Positions 30,757-39,037 of a stretch of DNA of 41,062 bases are shown one piece after another. The notes under the pieces were generated by a model, which worked only from the letters and a program-made list of their open reading frames with translations, was not told the DNA's origin and did not search any database. Within the stretch, counting starts at the first letter, position 1. Every line of letters starts with the position of its first letter. The DNA lies in the IMG/VR virus record IMGVR_UViG_2939177367_000003, positions 1-41,062 of that record, one strand, 5' to 3'. Source of the DNA: a virus. Lineage: Duplodnaviria > Heunggongvirae > Uroviricota > Caudoviricetes. The position numbers were made by a program, and so were the translations under genes.

Positions 30757-32637
30757 TTAATACTCCGTCACGTTTTCCTGTCGCCACGCCTCGTCATATT
30801 CCGATTTCGGCATATTGGCGATGTAGCTATATGGCGATCCTGATTCAAGTTGCAGGAACTGGTGCGATTGCTCGTCAAGGAACAACGGGACACCACCCTC
30901 CCAACCTTCGCCGTTACGTTGTTTTTCAAGCATCAAAACAGATGCCGGAGATGCCAGTAGCTGTTCGTCCTTCTCTGACATCTTTTCACCACTCTGAACT
31001 CTCTGTAACGCTCTCTCGCGAGCCTTGTTACGCCAGATGATGAAAAGGTTGTCTGTCAGGTCTGTTATCGCTCCAGAGCCTTTTACGTCCATTTTCCCGG
31101 TTGGTTTTTCTTCGCTGTCTCCTTTTCTGGAGTGAGTAACGAGAATGACGTGGGAGTTTGTTTTGTTTTTGAAGTCACAAATCGAGTCAACAAATGCTTT
31201 CTGCCCGTTATAGTCATCGTCACCTATGCCGCATTTCATCAGGCTGTCGATGATGAATAACTGGATGCCGTATCGGCGGCGAGCGTAGTCGAATATTTCG
31301 ATCAGCCTGTCGGCTTTCGCCGTTCCGGTCAGGCCAAACACCCAAAGTCTTTCGTCATAAAATTTAAATGCAGAGTCAATTTCCAGCACTGGCGGCATCT
31401 TGCAGCACGTCGCCTGACGGGTAAGGCGCTTAAGGAGAATACCAGGCTTCAGCTCAAGTGACGCGATGCACGTCTTCACACCCTGACGCATTGCCTCAAG
31501 AGCCATATGCCCGACAACCTCCGTTTTTCCGTGACCGTTCACACCATTGACCAGCGTCAACTCGGCCTCACGGAACTGGAATTTATCTGCCAGAGATTCC
31601 CACGGTGGATTAAACAGATACTGCTGCTTGCCGTAGAAAGCGTTGATAGTGTCCTGGTAAAACTCTCGCGCGCTGTAGAGTTCTTCAGGATCGAAGTAGG
31701 ATGCCGTGCCGATGTACTGCCAGATTTCATCCTCGGTAACACCGTTCATCAGGCATTCGTTGATGTCTTTGTACGGCAGAGTAACAAGACGGCAACGATG
31801 TTCACCGAGTCGGCTTGCGATTTCCCTTGCGGCTTCACGACCAACATCATCAACGTCCATCGAGATGAATATTTCCTCAAACCTGTCGAGGTTGTGATAC
31901 TCAAACTCAATCCACTGCTGTTTAGCGCCTTTCCCGCCACCAAACGGCACGGATAACGCCGAGATGCCATATTGCGCATAGCTCATACAATCAATTTCGC
32001 CTTCGCAAAGTACAACCGCCCTCACGCCAGCGTCCAGAGCCTGCCATCCGAACAGACAAGGTTCGCAATCACCTTCTGCCATAATGACTTTCTTCCCGTC
32101 CGGGCGCTCAGTGCTGATTCGCTTGACCTGCAACAACTCACCATCGCGTTTGTACGGAATCACCAGAGCATCCAGTTCCAGCTCTCCATTCCACACCTTG
32201 CCGCTGACAACCTCGTAGCGCTTTACGATTTCTGGCGATATGCCACGCGATTGCAGGTACTCAAGATGGGATTCTGTTCTGGTAACGTAGCGGGCGATTT
32301 TCTTGCGATCAGGTCTGGAGAATTTCTTCTCACGTTTGGCATCGAAATGGTGATCGTCATCCTTGATACCGAGAAAGGCTTTCGCTTCCTGCATAGCCTG
32401 ATGCAGGTTAATTCCACGACATGCCATCCACAAATCAAGCATGTCACCGCCGTCTCCCTCAGCGAAATCAGCCCATTTTTTCTTGCCGCTAAGGTTGACC
32501 TTAAGGCTGTTTCCCTTGTCACCGTTGACGTTACCGGCAACCCACTCATGCCCCTCTTTCTTGCCGTTTGGCAACAGGTGCGGAGCCACCCTGTCAACCT
32601 GCGCCCAAAGCAGGTCGCTAAGTTCACTTGGTGTCAT
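30757..32637 (-). CDS. Bifunctional DNA primase / DnaB-like helicase
   Basis: 626 aa; N-terminal primase-like region and C-terminal P-loop RecA/DnaB-like segment (NGVNGHGKTEVVGHMALEAMRQG). Confidence 0.7.
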   Translation of the reverse strand: MTPSELSDLLWAQVDRVAPHLLPNGKKEGHEWVAGNVNGDKGNSLKVNLSGKKKWADFAEGDGGDMLDLWMACRGINLHQAMQEAKAFLGIKDDDHHFDAKREKKFSRPDRKKIARYVTRTESHLEYLQSRGISPEIVKRYEVVSGKVWNGELELDALVIPYKRDGELLQVKRISTERPDGKKVIMAEGDCEPCLFGWQALDAGVRAVVLCEGEIDCMSYAQYGISALSVPFGGGKGAKQQWIEFEYHNLDRFEEIFISMDVDDVGREAAREIASRLGEHRCRLVTLPYKDINECLMNGVTEDEIWQYIGTASYFDPEELYSAREFYQDTINAFYGKQQYLFNPPWESLADKFQFREAELTLVNGVNGHGKTEVVGHMALEAMRQGVKTCIASLELKPGILLKRLTRQATCCKMPPVLEIDSAFKFYDERLWVFGLTGTAKADRLIEIFDYARRRYGIQLFIIDSLMKCGIGDDDYNGQKAFVDSICDFKNKTNSHVILVTHSRKGDSEEKPTGKMDVKGSGAITDLTDNLFIIWRNKARERALQRVQSGEKMSEKDEQLLASPASVLMLEKQRNGEGWEGGVPLFLDEQSHQFLQLESGSPYSYIANMPKSEYDEAWRQENVTEY

Positions 32638-32744
32638 GATTCCCTCAGATTGAGATTTTTAAACCAGAAATCGACAAACGAAATACTTAACCAGCCGTGG
32701 TTATAACCAGCGACCAGTAGCGATTTGATTTTTGATTTCATGGT

Positions 32745-33605
32745 TCACCTGTCGAAAAACACGTAGCCAGTTTTCGATACGGTGATTGCGGATGATGGTT
32801 TGGATTGTGGTTGAATAGTTTCTGGCTTCTCGTCGTTCCAGCGTTGACCGTTCAGGTAGCTCGATGGTAACAACCTGTCGAATCCGAACTGCTTACCATT
32901 CCTGCATGCGATGTCTTCTGCCAGCATCGTGGCAAACTCGCTTGCCGTACCCCTGGTAGTTTTACGCCATTCCCTGAACTGTGTTCTGAATGCTGAAGCT
33001 GCGTTTTTCTTCCCGGCTTTCCGCATGCCTGCACACCAGAATATTTCCTCGAATGCCTTGTCGGTTTCTTCGTGACGGTCAGATGATTTTTCACACTCCG
33101 TCCGAACACTTTCGGACATAGTGTTTTTATTATTTCTTTTTTCTTTTGTAATAGTTTCTTTTGTGTGTCCCTGTTTTGGTGACAGCGCTGTCACCGTTTT
33201 GGTGACACTTTTTGTCACCAATGTAGTGACATTATCACCAGAGTAGTGACACCCTTCGATTTGCCATTCCTCGATGTTCTTGTTAGGCCCGATTTGCTGG
33301 CCTTCGCGAAGGATAACCTTCATCGCGATAAGCTCATTCTTGGCCTTGTTTACCTTCTGTCTTGGCAGCCTGGTAATTTGAGCTAACTGACTATCAGAGA
33401 TGCGATCCATCTTTTTACCGTAGCCGTATGTTTTACGGCATATGGCGTGGGCAACCTTGCTCTGATTTTTCGTTAAATCTGCGCCGATAAGCTCTTCATA
33501 CAGGGCATTTGCAAGACGGGTATAACCATCTTCAACTTCTGCCACACGACGCTCCACAGGCCGTTGTGAAGGCCTTAAATGTGTTACGGTTGCAAGATTA
33601 CTCAT
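32745..33605 (-). CDS. Replication initiator protein, lambda O-like N-terminal domain
   Basis: [49 protein letters not shown] matches the replication protein O N-terminal family; iterons inside the gene. Confidence 0.7.
   Translation of the reverse strand: MSNLATVTHLRPSQRPVERRVAEVEDGYTRLANALYEELIGADLTKNQSKVAHAICRKTYGYGKKMDRISDSQLAQITRLPRQKVNKAKNELIAMKVILREGQQIGPNKNIEEWQIEGCHYSGDNVTTLVTKSVTKTVTALSPKQGHTKETITKEKRNNKNTMSESVRTECEKSSDRHEETDKAFEEIFWCAGMRKAGKKNAASAFRTQFREWRKTTRGTASEFATMLAEDIACRNGKQFGFDRLLPSSYLNGQRWNDEKPETIQPQSKPSSAITVSKTGYVFFDR
33116..33255. repeat. Candidate origin of replication: AT-rich tract plus iterons inside the O-like gene
   Basis: AT-rich 33116-33170; perfect 18-bp palindrome GGTGACAGCGCTGTCACC (33178-33195); four or more further GTGACA/TGTCAC repeats at ~10-13 bp spacing. 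Confidence 0.5.
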
Positions 33606-33744
33606 GACCTTTCTCCTTCTGCATCAGCTTCACCTTTTCCAACTCAGCCCGGAATCGACCAGGCTGCTTGAAGCTGGACAGGAAGCGATCACGTAGTATG
33701 TGTTTGTGAATTTTGTCCTGGTAAGGACTGAGTTGTTTTGTCAT
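33598..33744 (-). CDS. Small ORF (48 aa) between cII and the O-like gene
   Basis: ATG preceded by AGGAG RBS; stop overlaps the O-like start; not in the supplied ORF track (below length cutoff). Confidence 0.3.
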   Translation of the reverse strand: MTKQLSPYQDKIHKHILRDRFLSSFKQPGRFRAELEKVKLMQKEKGHE

Positions 33745-33776
33745 AATTACTCCTGTGGATTGATCCAGTAATTCCC

Positions 33777-34073
33777 TCAGAATTGCATATCAATTTGCTT
33801 AAAATCCTCGGTGGCGGCCGGGGATTTTTTCTTTGTGATTTCATCAAGCGCATACTTAAAAGCCCTGCTAATCGGACTGATGTCTGATGCCATTCCGAAA
33901 GCACACAAGACCGAAGCAATAAATCTCCAGTCCGTTCTGCTTATCTTCGATTCATGACAGCCAATCATCTTTGCCAGACCGCGCTGGGTAAGCGTTGACA
34001 GGTTGATGAGTAAATCAGTTTCAGCGCGATCAATTTCTCGCTGTGTTGGCTTGCTGTAGCTTGCTTGTGCCAT
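33777..34073 (-). CDS. cII: CII-like transcriptional activator
   Basis: C-terminus [19 protein letters not shown] parallels lambda CII TNKKRPAATERSEQIQMEF; central SKISRTDW vs SQISRWKRDW. Confidence 0.7.
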   Translation of the reverse strand: MAQASYSKPTQREIDRAETDLLINLSTLTQRGLAKMIGCHESKISRTDWRFIASVLCAFGMASDISPISRAFKYALDEITKKKSPAATEDFKQIDMQF

Positions 34074-34141
34074 TTGTTAATTTTCCTATATTGATATTGA
34101 GTTATAGCGGCACACCCAATGGATTTGCCGCTGATGTTTGC

Positions 34142-34182
34142 TCACCCGGTTAGAGGTGAAAGGCCAGAACTGTTAAAGAGCA
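34142..34182 (-). promoter_or_regulatory. nutR-like site (boxA plus boxB hairpin) downstream of cro
   Basis: Minus-strand boxA TGCTCTTTAACAG (34170-34182), then hairpin UCACC-UCUAACCG-GGUGA (34142-34159). Confidence 0.5.
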
Positions 34183-34188
34183 ATTTGC

Positions 34189-34374
34189 TTATGCCGCTTG
34201 GCGGTAAGCACTTTCTTGATACTTCAGGGCGCCAGCTGTAACGATTTCCAATCGATAGGCGTCTTTCTCTGGGATAACTTCTTTCCACTGAGAGACTGCT
34301 GCATCGCTAATGCCTAGTGCTTTAGCAACAGCACGCTGGGTTCCGAAGTGGTCAATAACATCTTTTTTGTACAT
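34189..34374 (-). CDS. cro: Cro repressor (HTH)
   Basis: 61 aa; HTH QRAVAKALGISDAAVSQW; divergent from the repressor gene. Confidence 0.75.
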   Translation of the reverse strand: MYKKDVIDHFGTQRAVAKALGISDAAVSQWKEVIPEKDAYRLEIVTAGALKYQESAYRQAA

Positions 34375-34388
34375 AGACTCGCTCCGAA

Positions 34389-34454
34389 ATTAAAGAACAC
34401 TTAAATTATCCACCAAAGGAATCTTAAGTCAAGTTTATTTAAGATGTCTTAACT
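34389..34454. promoter_or_regulatory. OR operator region with PR promoter (P22-type 18-bp operators)
   Basis: Sites ATTAAAGAACACTTAAAT (34389-34406) and ATTTAAGATGTCTTAACT (34437-34454) fit ANTNAAG-N4-CTTNANT; PR on minus strand: -35 TTGACT (34427-34432), 16-bp spacer, -10 GATAAT (34405-34410). Confidence 0.6.
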
Positions 34455-35105
34455 ATGAATACACAACTGATGGGTGAGCGTATTCGCGCTCGCAGAAAAG
34501 AACTCAAGATTAGGCAGGCTGCCCTTGGCAAGATGGTTGGCGTGTCTAATGTTGCTATTTCCCAATGGGAGCGATCTGAAACTGAGCCCAATGGCGAAAA
34601 CCTATTGGCCTTAGCCAAGGCTTTGCAGTGCTCCCCTGATTACCTGTTGAAAGGAGAGGATAGTCTTTCAAACATTGCCTATCACAGCAGGCATGATCCA
34701 AGAGGTTCGTATCCTCTAATTAGTTGGGTAAGCGCAGGATGTTGGATGGAAGCTGTAGAGCCATATCATAGGCGTGCAATAGATAACTGGTACGACACAA
34801 CGGTAGATTGTTCTGAAGACTCTTTTTGGCTCGACGTTAAAGGCGATTCAATGACTGCCCCGGCAGGACTGAGTATTCCTGAGGGGATGATTATTCTCGT
34901 CGACCCAGAAGTCGAACCACGTAATGGAAAGCTGGTAGTCGCCAAACTTGAAGGGGAAAACGAGGCGACATTCAAAAAGTTAGTTATTGATGCCGGTAGA
35001 AAATTCCTGAAACCACTCAATCCACAATACCCAATGATTGAAATCAATGGGAACTGTAAAATCATTGGCGTTGTCGTTGATGCCAAGCTAGCAAACCTTC
35101 CTTAA
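34455..35105 (+). CDS. c2: Prophage repressor, P22 C2-type (HTH plus LexA-like S24 autopeptidase domain)
   Basis: Translation MNTQLMGERIRARRKELKIRQAALGKMVGVSNVAISQWERSETEPNGENLLALAKALQCSPDYLL... matches P22 C2 as recalled. Confidence 0.9.
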   Translation: MNTQLMGERIRARRKELKIRQAALGKMVGVSNVAISQWERSETEPNGENLLALAKALQCSPDYLLKGEDSLSNIAYHSRHDPRGSYPLISWVSAGCWMEAVEPYHRRAIDNWYDTTVDCSEDSFWLDVKGDSMTAPAGLSIPEGMIILVDPEVEPRNGKLVVAKLEGENEATFKKLVIDAGRKFLKPLNPQYPMIEINGNCKIIGVVVDAKLANLP

Positions 35106-35129
35106 GGGGCTTTCGCCCCTTTTTTATTT
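35104..35129 (+). terminator. Rho-independent terminator after repressor gene
   Basis: AGGGGC-TTTC-GCCCCT hairpin followed by TTTTTTATTT, starting at the stop codon. Confidence 0.65.
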
Positions 35130-35168
35130 CCCGTTAAAAATCAAAGACAAACTAAATTCACGCCCATA

Positions 35169-35224
35169 AAATTAAGTTTTCTTCAAAAATGCACTTGACC
35201 AATAAATTAAGAAGTCTTAAATTT
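35169..35224 (+). promoter_or_regulatory. OL operators with PL promoter
   Basis: Operator-consensus sites AATTAAGTTTTCTTCAAA (35169-35186) and AATTAAGAAGTCTTAAAT (35205-35222); -35 TTGACC (35195-35200), 17-bp spacer, -10 TAAATT. Confidence 0.5.
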
Positions 35225-35268
35225 AAGCCATCAGCAGGACGCTGGAAGCCAAACGGAACAGATTGGCA

Positions 35269-35309
35269 GGCTCTTTAACATCGACGGACTCTCAACCTAA
35301 CCGTTGAGA
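35269..35309 (+). promoter_or_regulatory. nutL-like site (boxA plus boxB hairpin)
   Basis: boxA GCTCTTTAACA (35270-35280) close to rrn/lambda boxA; 9 nt later hairpin UCUCAAC-CUAACC-GUUGAGA (35290-35309); loop motif CUAACC shared with nutR. Confidence 0.5.
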
Positions 35310-35419
35310 CCAGAACTTGAGTGGTTTTGGGGATGGCGCGAATTGCAGCTGCAAGACAGCGATCGAGAGGATAAGCACCTTGACGCGTCATGCGCCAAAG
35401 CCACTTAAAGGAGACCATC

Positions 35420-35725
35420 ATGGTAACCATTGTCTGGAAAGAATCCAAAGGTACGGCAAAAAGCCGCTACAAAGCTCGCAGAGCAGAACTTATTGCCGAG
35501 CGACGCAGTAATGAAGCACTGGCGCGAAAAATTGCGCTAAAGCTCTCTGGTTGCGTCAAAGCAGACAAAGCAGCATCACTAGGAATCCTTTGCTGCAAGA
35601 AGAAAGAAGAAGTCGTTCGAAAAAATAGAAGTATTTATTACAAAGATTCAACCCCATTAGGAAACAAAATACATGCAGTCCAAAAAATAAAATTGTACAG
35701 TAAACTACCGTACGGTGCTTATTGA
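35420..35725 (+). CDS. N-like transcription antiterminator (arginine-rich motif)
   Basis: N-terminal ARM KSRYKARRAELIAERR resembles lambda N (RRRERRAEKQAQW) and P22 gp24 (KTRRHERRRKLAIER); AGGAG RBS; first gene after PL/nutL. Confidence 0.6.
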   Translation: MVTIVWKESKGTAKSRYKARRAELIAERRSNEALARKIALKLSGCVKADKAASLGILCCKKKEEVVRKNRSIYYKDSTPLGNKIHAVQKIKLYSKLPYGAY

Positions 35726-36066
35726 GTATGCTTATGGTGAAAAAGACTATTTATGTTAATCCTGACCGCGGACAAAACAGAAAAGTATCTGATAGAGGTC
35801 TTACATCTCGAGACAGGAGGAGAATAGCGAGATGGGAAAAGAGGATAGCATATGCATTAAAAAACGGTGTAACACCTGGATTTAATGCTATAGATGACGG
35901 TCCTGAATATAAGATTAATGAAGACCCAATGGATAAAGTTGACAAAGCATTAGCAACACCATTTCCTCGCGATGCCGAAAAAATTGAAGATGAAAAATAT
36001 GAGGATGTAATGCACAGAGTTGTTAATCACGCTCACCAACGAAATCCAAATAAAAAATGGTCATAG
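35722..36066 (+). CDS. Hypothetical protein (basic N-terminus, acidic C-terminus)
   Basis: 114 aa ORF translationally coupled to the N-like gene; no recognisable motif. Confidence 0.3.
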   Translation: MSMLMVKKTIYVNPDRGQNRKVSDRGLTSRDRRRIARWEKRIAYALKNGVTPGFNAIDDGPEYKINEDPMDKVDKALATPFPRDAEKIEDEKYEDVMHRVVNHAHQRNPNKKWS

Positions 36067-36089
36067 CCCACTTCGGTGGGTTTTTTATT
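36066..36089 (+). terminator. Rho-independent terminator
   Basis: CCCAC-TTCG-GTGGG hairpin followed by TTTTTTATT. Confidence 0.6.
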
Positions 36090-36200
36090 GTCTGAACAAA
36101 CCTAATTTACTACCGCAAGCCACGCAGTGAAATGGGTGTGACTTGTGTTGGTCGCCAGAAAATGAAATTAGGCAGCAAACCACTGTATGAGGGGTGATCT

Positions 36201-36452
36201 ATGGAATTTCATGAAAGTGCGATTTATGATTTCCGCGCTAACGCAAATTCAGTAAAACCACAGCCAATTGCAGTTCTTTTTAAAACAATGGGAGCGTGGG
36301 CTGTTTTATGCTTCGCCGCTGATGACACTGACGCAAGAATGGCAATAGGCCAAGAGATGGAGATGGACCCGACAAACGATGAATTCATAATTTATGGCGC
36401 TCCATCTAATTACTTACTTGATACCTGCAACATTTACAACAAGGCTTCCTGA
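36201..36452 (+). CDS. Hypothetical small protein (83 aa)
   Basis: ORF with GAGGGG RBS; no recognisable motif. Confidence 0.35.
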   Translation: MEFHESAIYDFRANANSVKPQPIAVLFKTMGAWAVLCFAADDTDARMAIGQEMEMDPTNDEFIIYGAPSNYLLDTCNIYNKAS

Positions 36453-36491
36453 CGGTGGCCTTTATTTTTGGCATAAACAACAGAGGCTAAC

Positions 36492-36788
36492 ATGGAATTT
36501 AAAGGTACTGAAGGTAAGTGGAAAATAATGATGGATGGCGATGAGATTAAAATCATCCAGGCAGACTCACTTGAAAATGGCGCAGGCTGGCGTTCGTATA
36601 TTGCAATCTGTGAGGAAGTTCAATGCATTGAAGATGCCAATCTAATAGCGGCAGCACCTGACCTTCTCGAAGCACTTCAGTTATTACTTAAGCAAACCAA
36701 AAATAGAACAACGACAACATATCCAGAATGGTATGGAGCTGTTAATAAAGGTCTTGCAGCAATCAGAAAAGCTCTTGGGGAAGAATGA
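36492..36788 (+). CDS. Hypothetical small acidic protein (98 aa)
   Basis: ORF with AGAGG RBS; no recognisable motif. Confidence 0.35.
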   Translation: MEFKGTEGKWKIMMDGDEIKIIQADSLENGAGWRSYIAICEEVQCIEDANLIAAAPDLLEALQLLLKQTKNRTTTTYPEWYGAVNKGLAAIRKALGEE

Positions 36789-36947
36789 TGAATAAGAAAT
36801 ACATTGTTGAAGTTATAGAGCGAGGAACAAAAGAAGTAATTAAACATTTCGAATTTGATAATTATAGAAAAGCTGACCGCGTAGAAGAAGGATTGTTGCG
36901 ACAAAGTAATCTCGAAAAATTTGATGTTGTCATGCGATGCGAATAAG
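36786..36947 (+). CDS. Hypothetical small protein (~52 aa)
   Basis: ATGA-overlapped with preceding ORF; not in the supplied ORF track. Confidence 0.25.
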
Positions 36948-37039
36948 CGCCTATAGCAGATTTACGAGTCTGCTATGTGAGCAATGTCGCTCGTAACTAA
37001 ACAGGAGCCGACTTGTTCTGATTATTGGAAATCTTCTTT

Positions 37040-37064
37040 GCCCTCCAATGTGAGGGCCTTTTTA
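37040..37064 (+). terminator. Rho-independent terminator
   Basis: GCCCTC-CAATGT-GAGGGC hairpin followed by CTTTTTA. Confidence 0.5.
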
Positions 37065-37128
37065 TATGCATACCAATAACGCTTCACTCGAGGCGTTTTC
37101 GTTATGCAATCAAACAGAAGGAGCATCC

Positions 37129-37300
37129 TATGCAACAGTTCGCTATTGCAGGGGCGGCATCGGTTCGCCCTTTCAACCCGATTTTATCGGTACAGCATTC
37201 ACGAAAAAACATTTTAACCGGAGCAGACTTTAAACAACCAAGAATGAAAAGTTTGCTCGAAAAGCTTTGGGATATTTTGAAACAACAAGGCCGTCCATGA
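37129..37300 (+). CDS. cIII: CIII-like FtsH inhibitor
   Basis: MQQFAIAGAASVRPFNP...LLEKLWDILKQQGRP parallels lambda CIII (MQYAIAGWPVAGCPSES...LLERITRKLRDGWKRLIDILNQPG); AGGAG RBS at correct spacing. Confidence 0.6.
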
Positions 37301-37467
37301 GCTTTACAGATAACTGGTCAGACGAAGAATTCATTCGTCAGATGAAAGATTTAATCGGTAACGAAGGAGATATGCATGTCACTTGCAACCACAGTGAAGG
37401 AGAGCAAGTTACAGAGACGCATGTACACGCAGCAGGCGTTAATGTATCGCCAGAAGGGAGATCGTGA
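37297..37467 (+). CDS. Small ORF overlapping cIII stop (Kil-like by position only)
   Basis: ATGA overlap with cIII; 56 aa; overlaps the next ORF in another frame. Confidence 0.25.
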   Translation: MSFTDNWSDEEFIRQMKDLIGNEGDMHVTCNHSEGEQVTETHVHAAGVNVSPEGRS

Positions 37468-37546
37468 AGGTGTTCGCGTATTTTTAAATGCGGCAAAGAC
37501 TGAAGTATTAAATCAGCGTTATTTCCTTGGGCCGTGTCCATTCTGA
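37376..37546 (+). CDS. Small ORF immediately upstream of erf (Arf-like by position only)
   Basis: Strong AGGAG RBS 7 nt upstream; 56 aa MSLATTVKESKLQRRMYTQQALMYRQKGDREGVRVFLNAAK... Confidence 0.35.
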   Translation: MSLATTVKESKLQRRMYTQQALMYRQKGDREGVRVFLNAAKTEVLNQRYFLGPCPF

Positions 37547-37556
37547 GATCAAACAT

Positions 37557-38162
37557 ATGAGCAAAGAATTTTATGCAAGGCTGGCAGCCATTCAGGAGAA
37601 TCTGAACGCGCCAAAGAATCAGTACAACTCATTCGGTAAATATAAATACAGAAGCTGCGAAGACATTCTTGAAGGCGTTAAGCCGTTACTGAATGGCCTG
37701 TTTTTATCAATCAGCGATGAAGTTGTGTTGATTGGTGATCGGTATTACGTGAAAGCAACGGCAACTATTACTGATGGCGAAAACAGTCATACAGCAACCG
37801 CTCTTGCACGAGAGGAAGAAAGCAAGAAAGGAATGGATTCTGCACAAGTTACGGGAGCTACAAGCTCTTATGCACGCAAGTATTGCCTCAATGGTTTGTT
37901 CGGCATTGATGATGCGAAAGATGCAGATACCGACGAGCATAAACATCAGCAGAACGCAGCAGCAAAGCAATCAAAACCATCACCTACACCTGAACAGGTT
38001 CTAAAAGCATTCACTGACGCAGCATTGCAGAAAAACACCGTGGAAGAGCTTAAACAGGCGTTCGCCAAAGCGTGGAAGATGCTCGAAGGCACACCGGAGC
38101 AGCACAAAGCGCAGGACGTTTACAACATCAGACGAGACGAATTAGAAGGAGCGGCTGCTTAA
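37557..38162 (+). CDS. erf: Erf-family single-strand annealing recombinase
   Basis: MSKEFYARLAAIQENLNAPKNQYNSFGKYKYRSCEDILEGVKPLL... matches P22 Erf as recalled; start set at internal Met. Confidence 0.8.
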   Translation: MSKEFYARLAAIQENLNAPKNQYNSFGKYKYRSCEDILEGVKPLLNGLFLSISDEVVLIGDRYYVKATATITDGENSHTATALAREEESKKGMDSAQVTGATSSYARKYCLNGLFGIDDAKDADTDEHKHQQNAAAKQSKPSPTPEQVLKAFTDAALQKNTVEELKQAFAKAWKMLEGTPEQHKAQDVYNIRRDELEGAAA

Positions 38163-38545
38163 TGGCACATTCGATTACTGTAAGACTAAACAAACCCGCA
38201 AGAGAGTTTCAGGCCGGGGAAAATATCGGATTCAACATCCGTGCTGGCGTTCAGTATTACGATCGCCAGACAAAAAAGAAAGAATGGACAAACTACAGCG
38301 CCGTTGTATTTGCCAAGCCGGGAGCGCAAGCGGATTACTACCGTAGTGTTCTTGTTGAAGGTGGCATTGTGGAAATTACCGGAGAAAACATCAGGGTTGA
38401 TGTTTATCAGGGGCAAAATGGTCAATCAATCACTCTTGAATTACTGAATGCAAAGATTGGATTTGCAGCTTCAGGAAATGGCCCGCAGCAGCAAAGTAGT
38501 AACCAGCAGAACACTCCTGTATACGACGATTCCATCCCATTCTGA
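38162..38545 (+). CDS. ssb: Single-stranded DNA-binding protein (short phage SSB)
   Basis: OB-fold-like core and SSB hallmark C-terminal acidic tail ...YDDSIPF; AGGAG RBS; TAATG overlap with erf. Confidence 0.7.
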   Translation: MAHSITVRLNKPAREFQAGENIGFNIRAGVQYYDRQTKKKEWTNYSAVVFAKPGAQADYYRSVLVEGGIVEITGENIRVDVYQGQNGQSITLELLNAKIGFAASGNGPQQQSSNQQNTPVYDDSIPF

Positions 38546-38568
38546 TTTAGAAAAATAAGGATTTAATT

Positions 38569-38862
38569 ATGCCAGCGCCTCTGTATGGTGCGGACGACGC
38601 GCGCCGCTGTTCCGGCAATTCCGTATCGGAGGTGCTGGATAAATTCAGAAAAAACTACGATCGAATAATGTCTCTACCGCAGGAAACGAAAGAGGAAAAG
38701 GAATTTCGCCACTGTATATGGCTTGCAGAGAAAGAAGAACGCGAGCGAATTTACCAGACATCAATCCGACCATTCCGCAAAGCTACATATACCCACTTCC
38801 ATGAAATTGACCCGCGCCTGCGTAATTACCGCTCACGCTATGGCGCTATCAGTAATGACTGA
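38569..38862 (+). CDS. Hypothetical protein (97 aa)
   Basis: ORF with TAAGGA RBS; no recognisable motif. Confidence 0.3.
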   Translation: MPAPLYGADDARRCSGNSVSEVLDKFRKNYDRIMSLPQETKEEKEFRHCIWLAEKEERERIYQTSIRPFRKATYTHFHEIDPRLRNYRSRYGAISND

Positions 38863-38872
38863 GGAATTTACC

Positions 38873-39037
38873 ATGAGAGGTCTTGCATACAATCCCGGCA
38901 TTCTTCCGGCAGAAATGATTATTCGCCAACGCGTAAAGCCAATGCCATCGAGAGAGGAATTGCTTAAGAGAAATTCTTTTCCGTCAGTAAATCAAAACAA
39001 ATATCTGAATGCGATGTGGCGGAGTGGGAAGAAATGA
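38873..39037 (+). CDS. Hypothetical small protein (54 aa)
   Basis: Start set at first Met after the upstream gene's stop; ATGA overlap with the next gene. Confidence 0.25.
   Translation: MRGLAYNPGILPAEMIIRQRVKPMPSREELLKRNSFPSVNQNKYLNAMWRSGKK

Noticed and set aside
36090-36200. Possible sigma-70 promoter for the three-ORF cassette
   Set aside because: No convincing -35/-10 pair with proper spacing could be identified by eye.
37025-37128. N-terminal extension of the cIII ORF
   Set aside because: The extension covers a terminator hairpin; the AGGAG RBS sits before the internal Met at 37129.
38072-38161. N-terminal extension of the ssb ORF overlapping erf
   Set aside because: A strong RBS and a TAATG stop-start overlap support the start at 38162.
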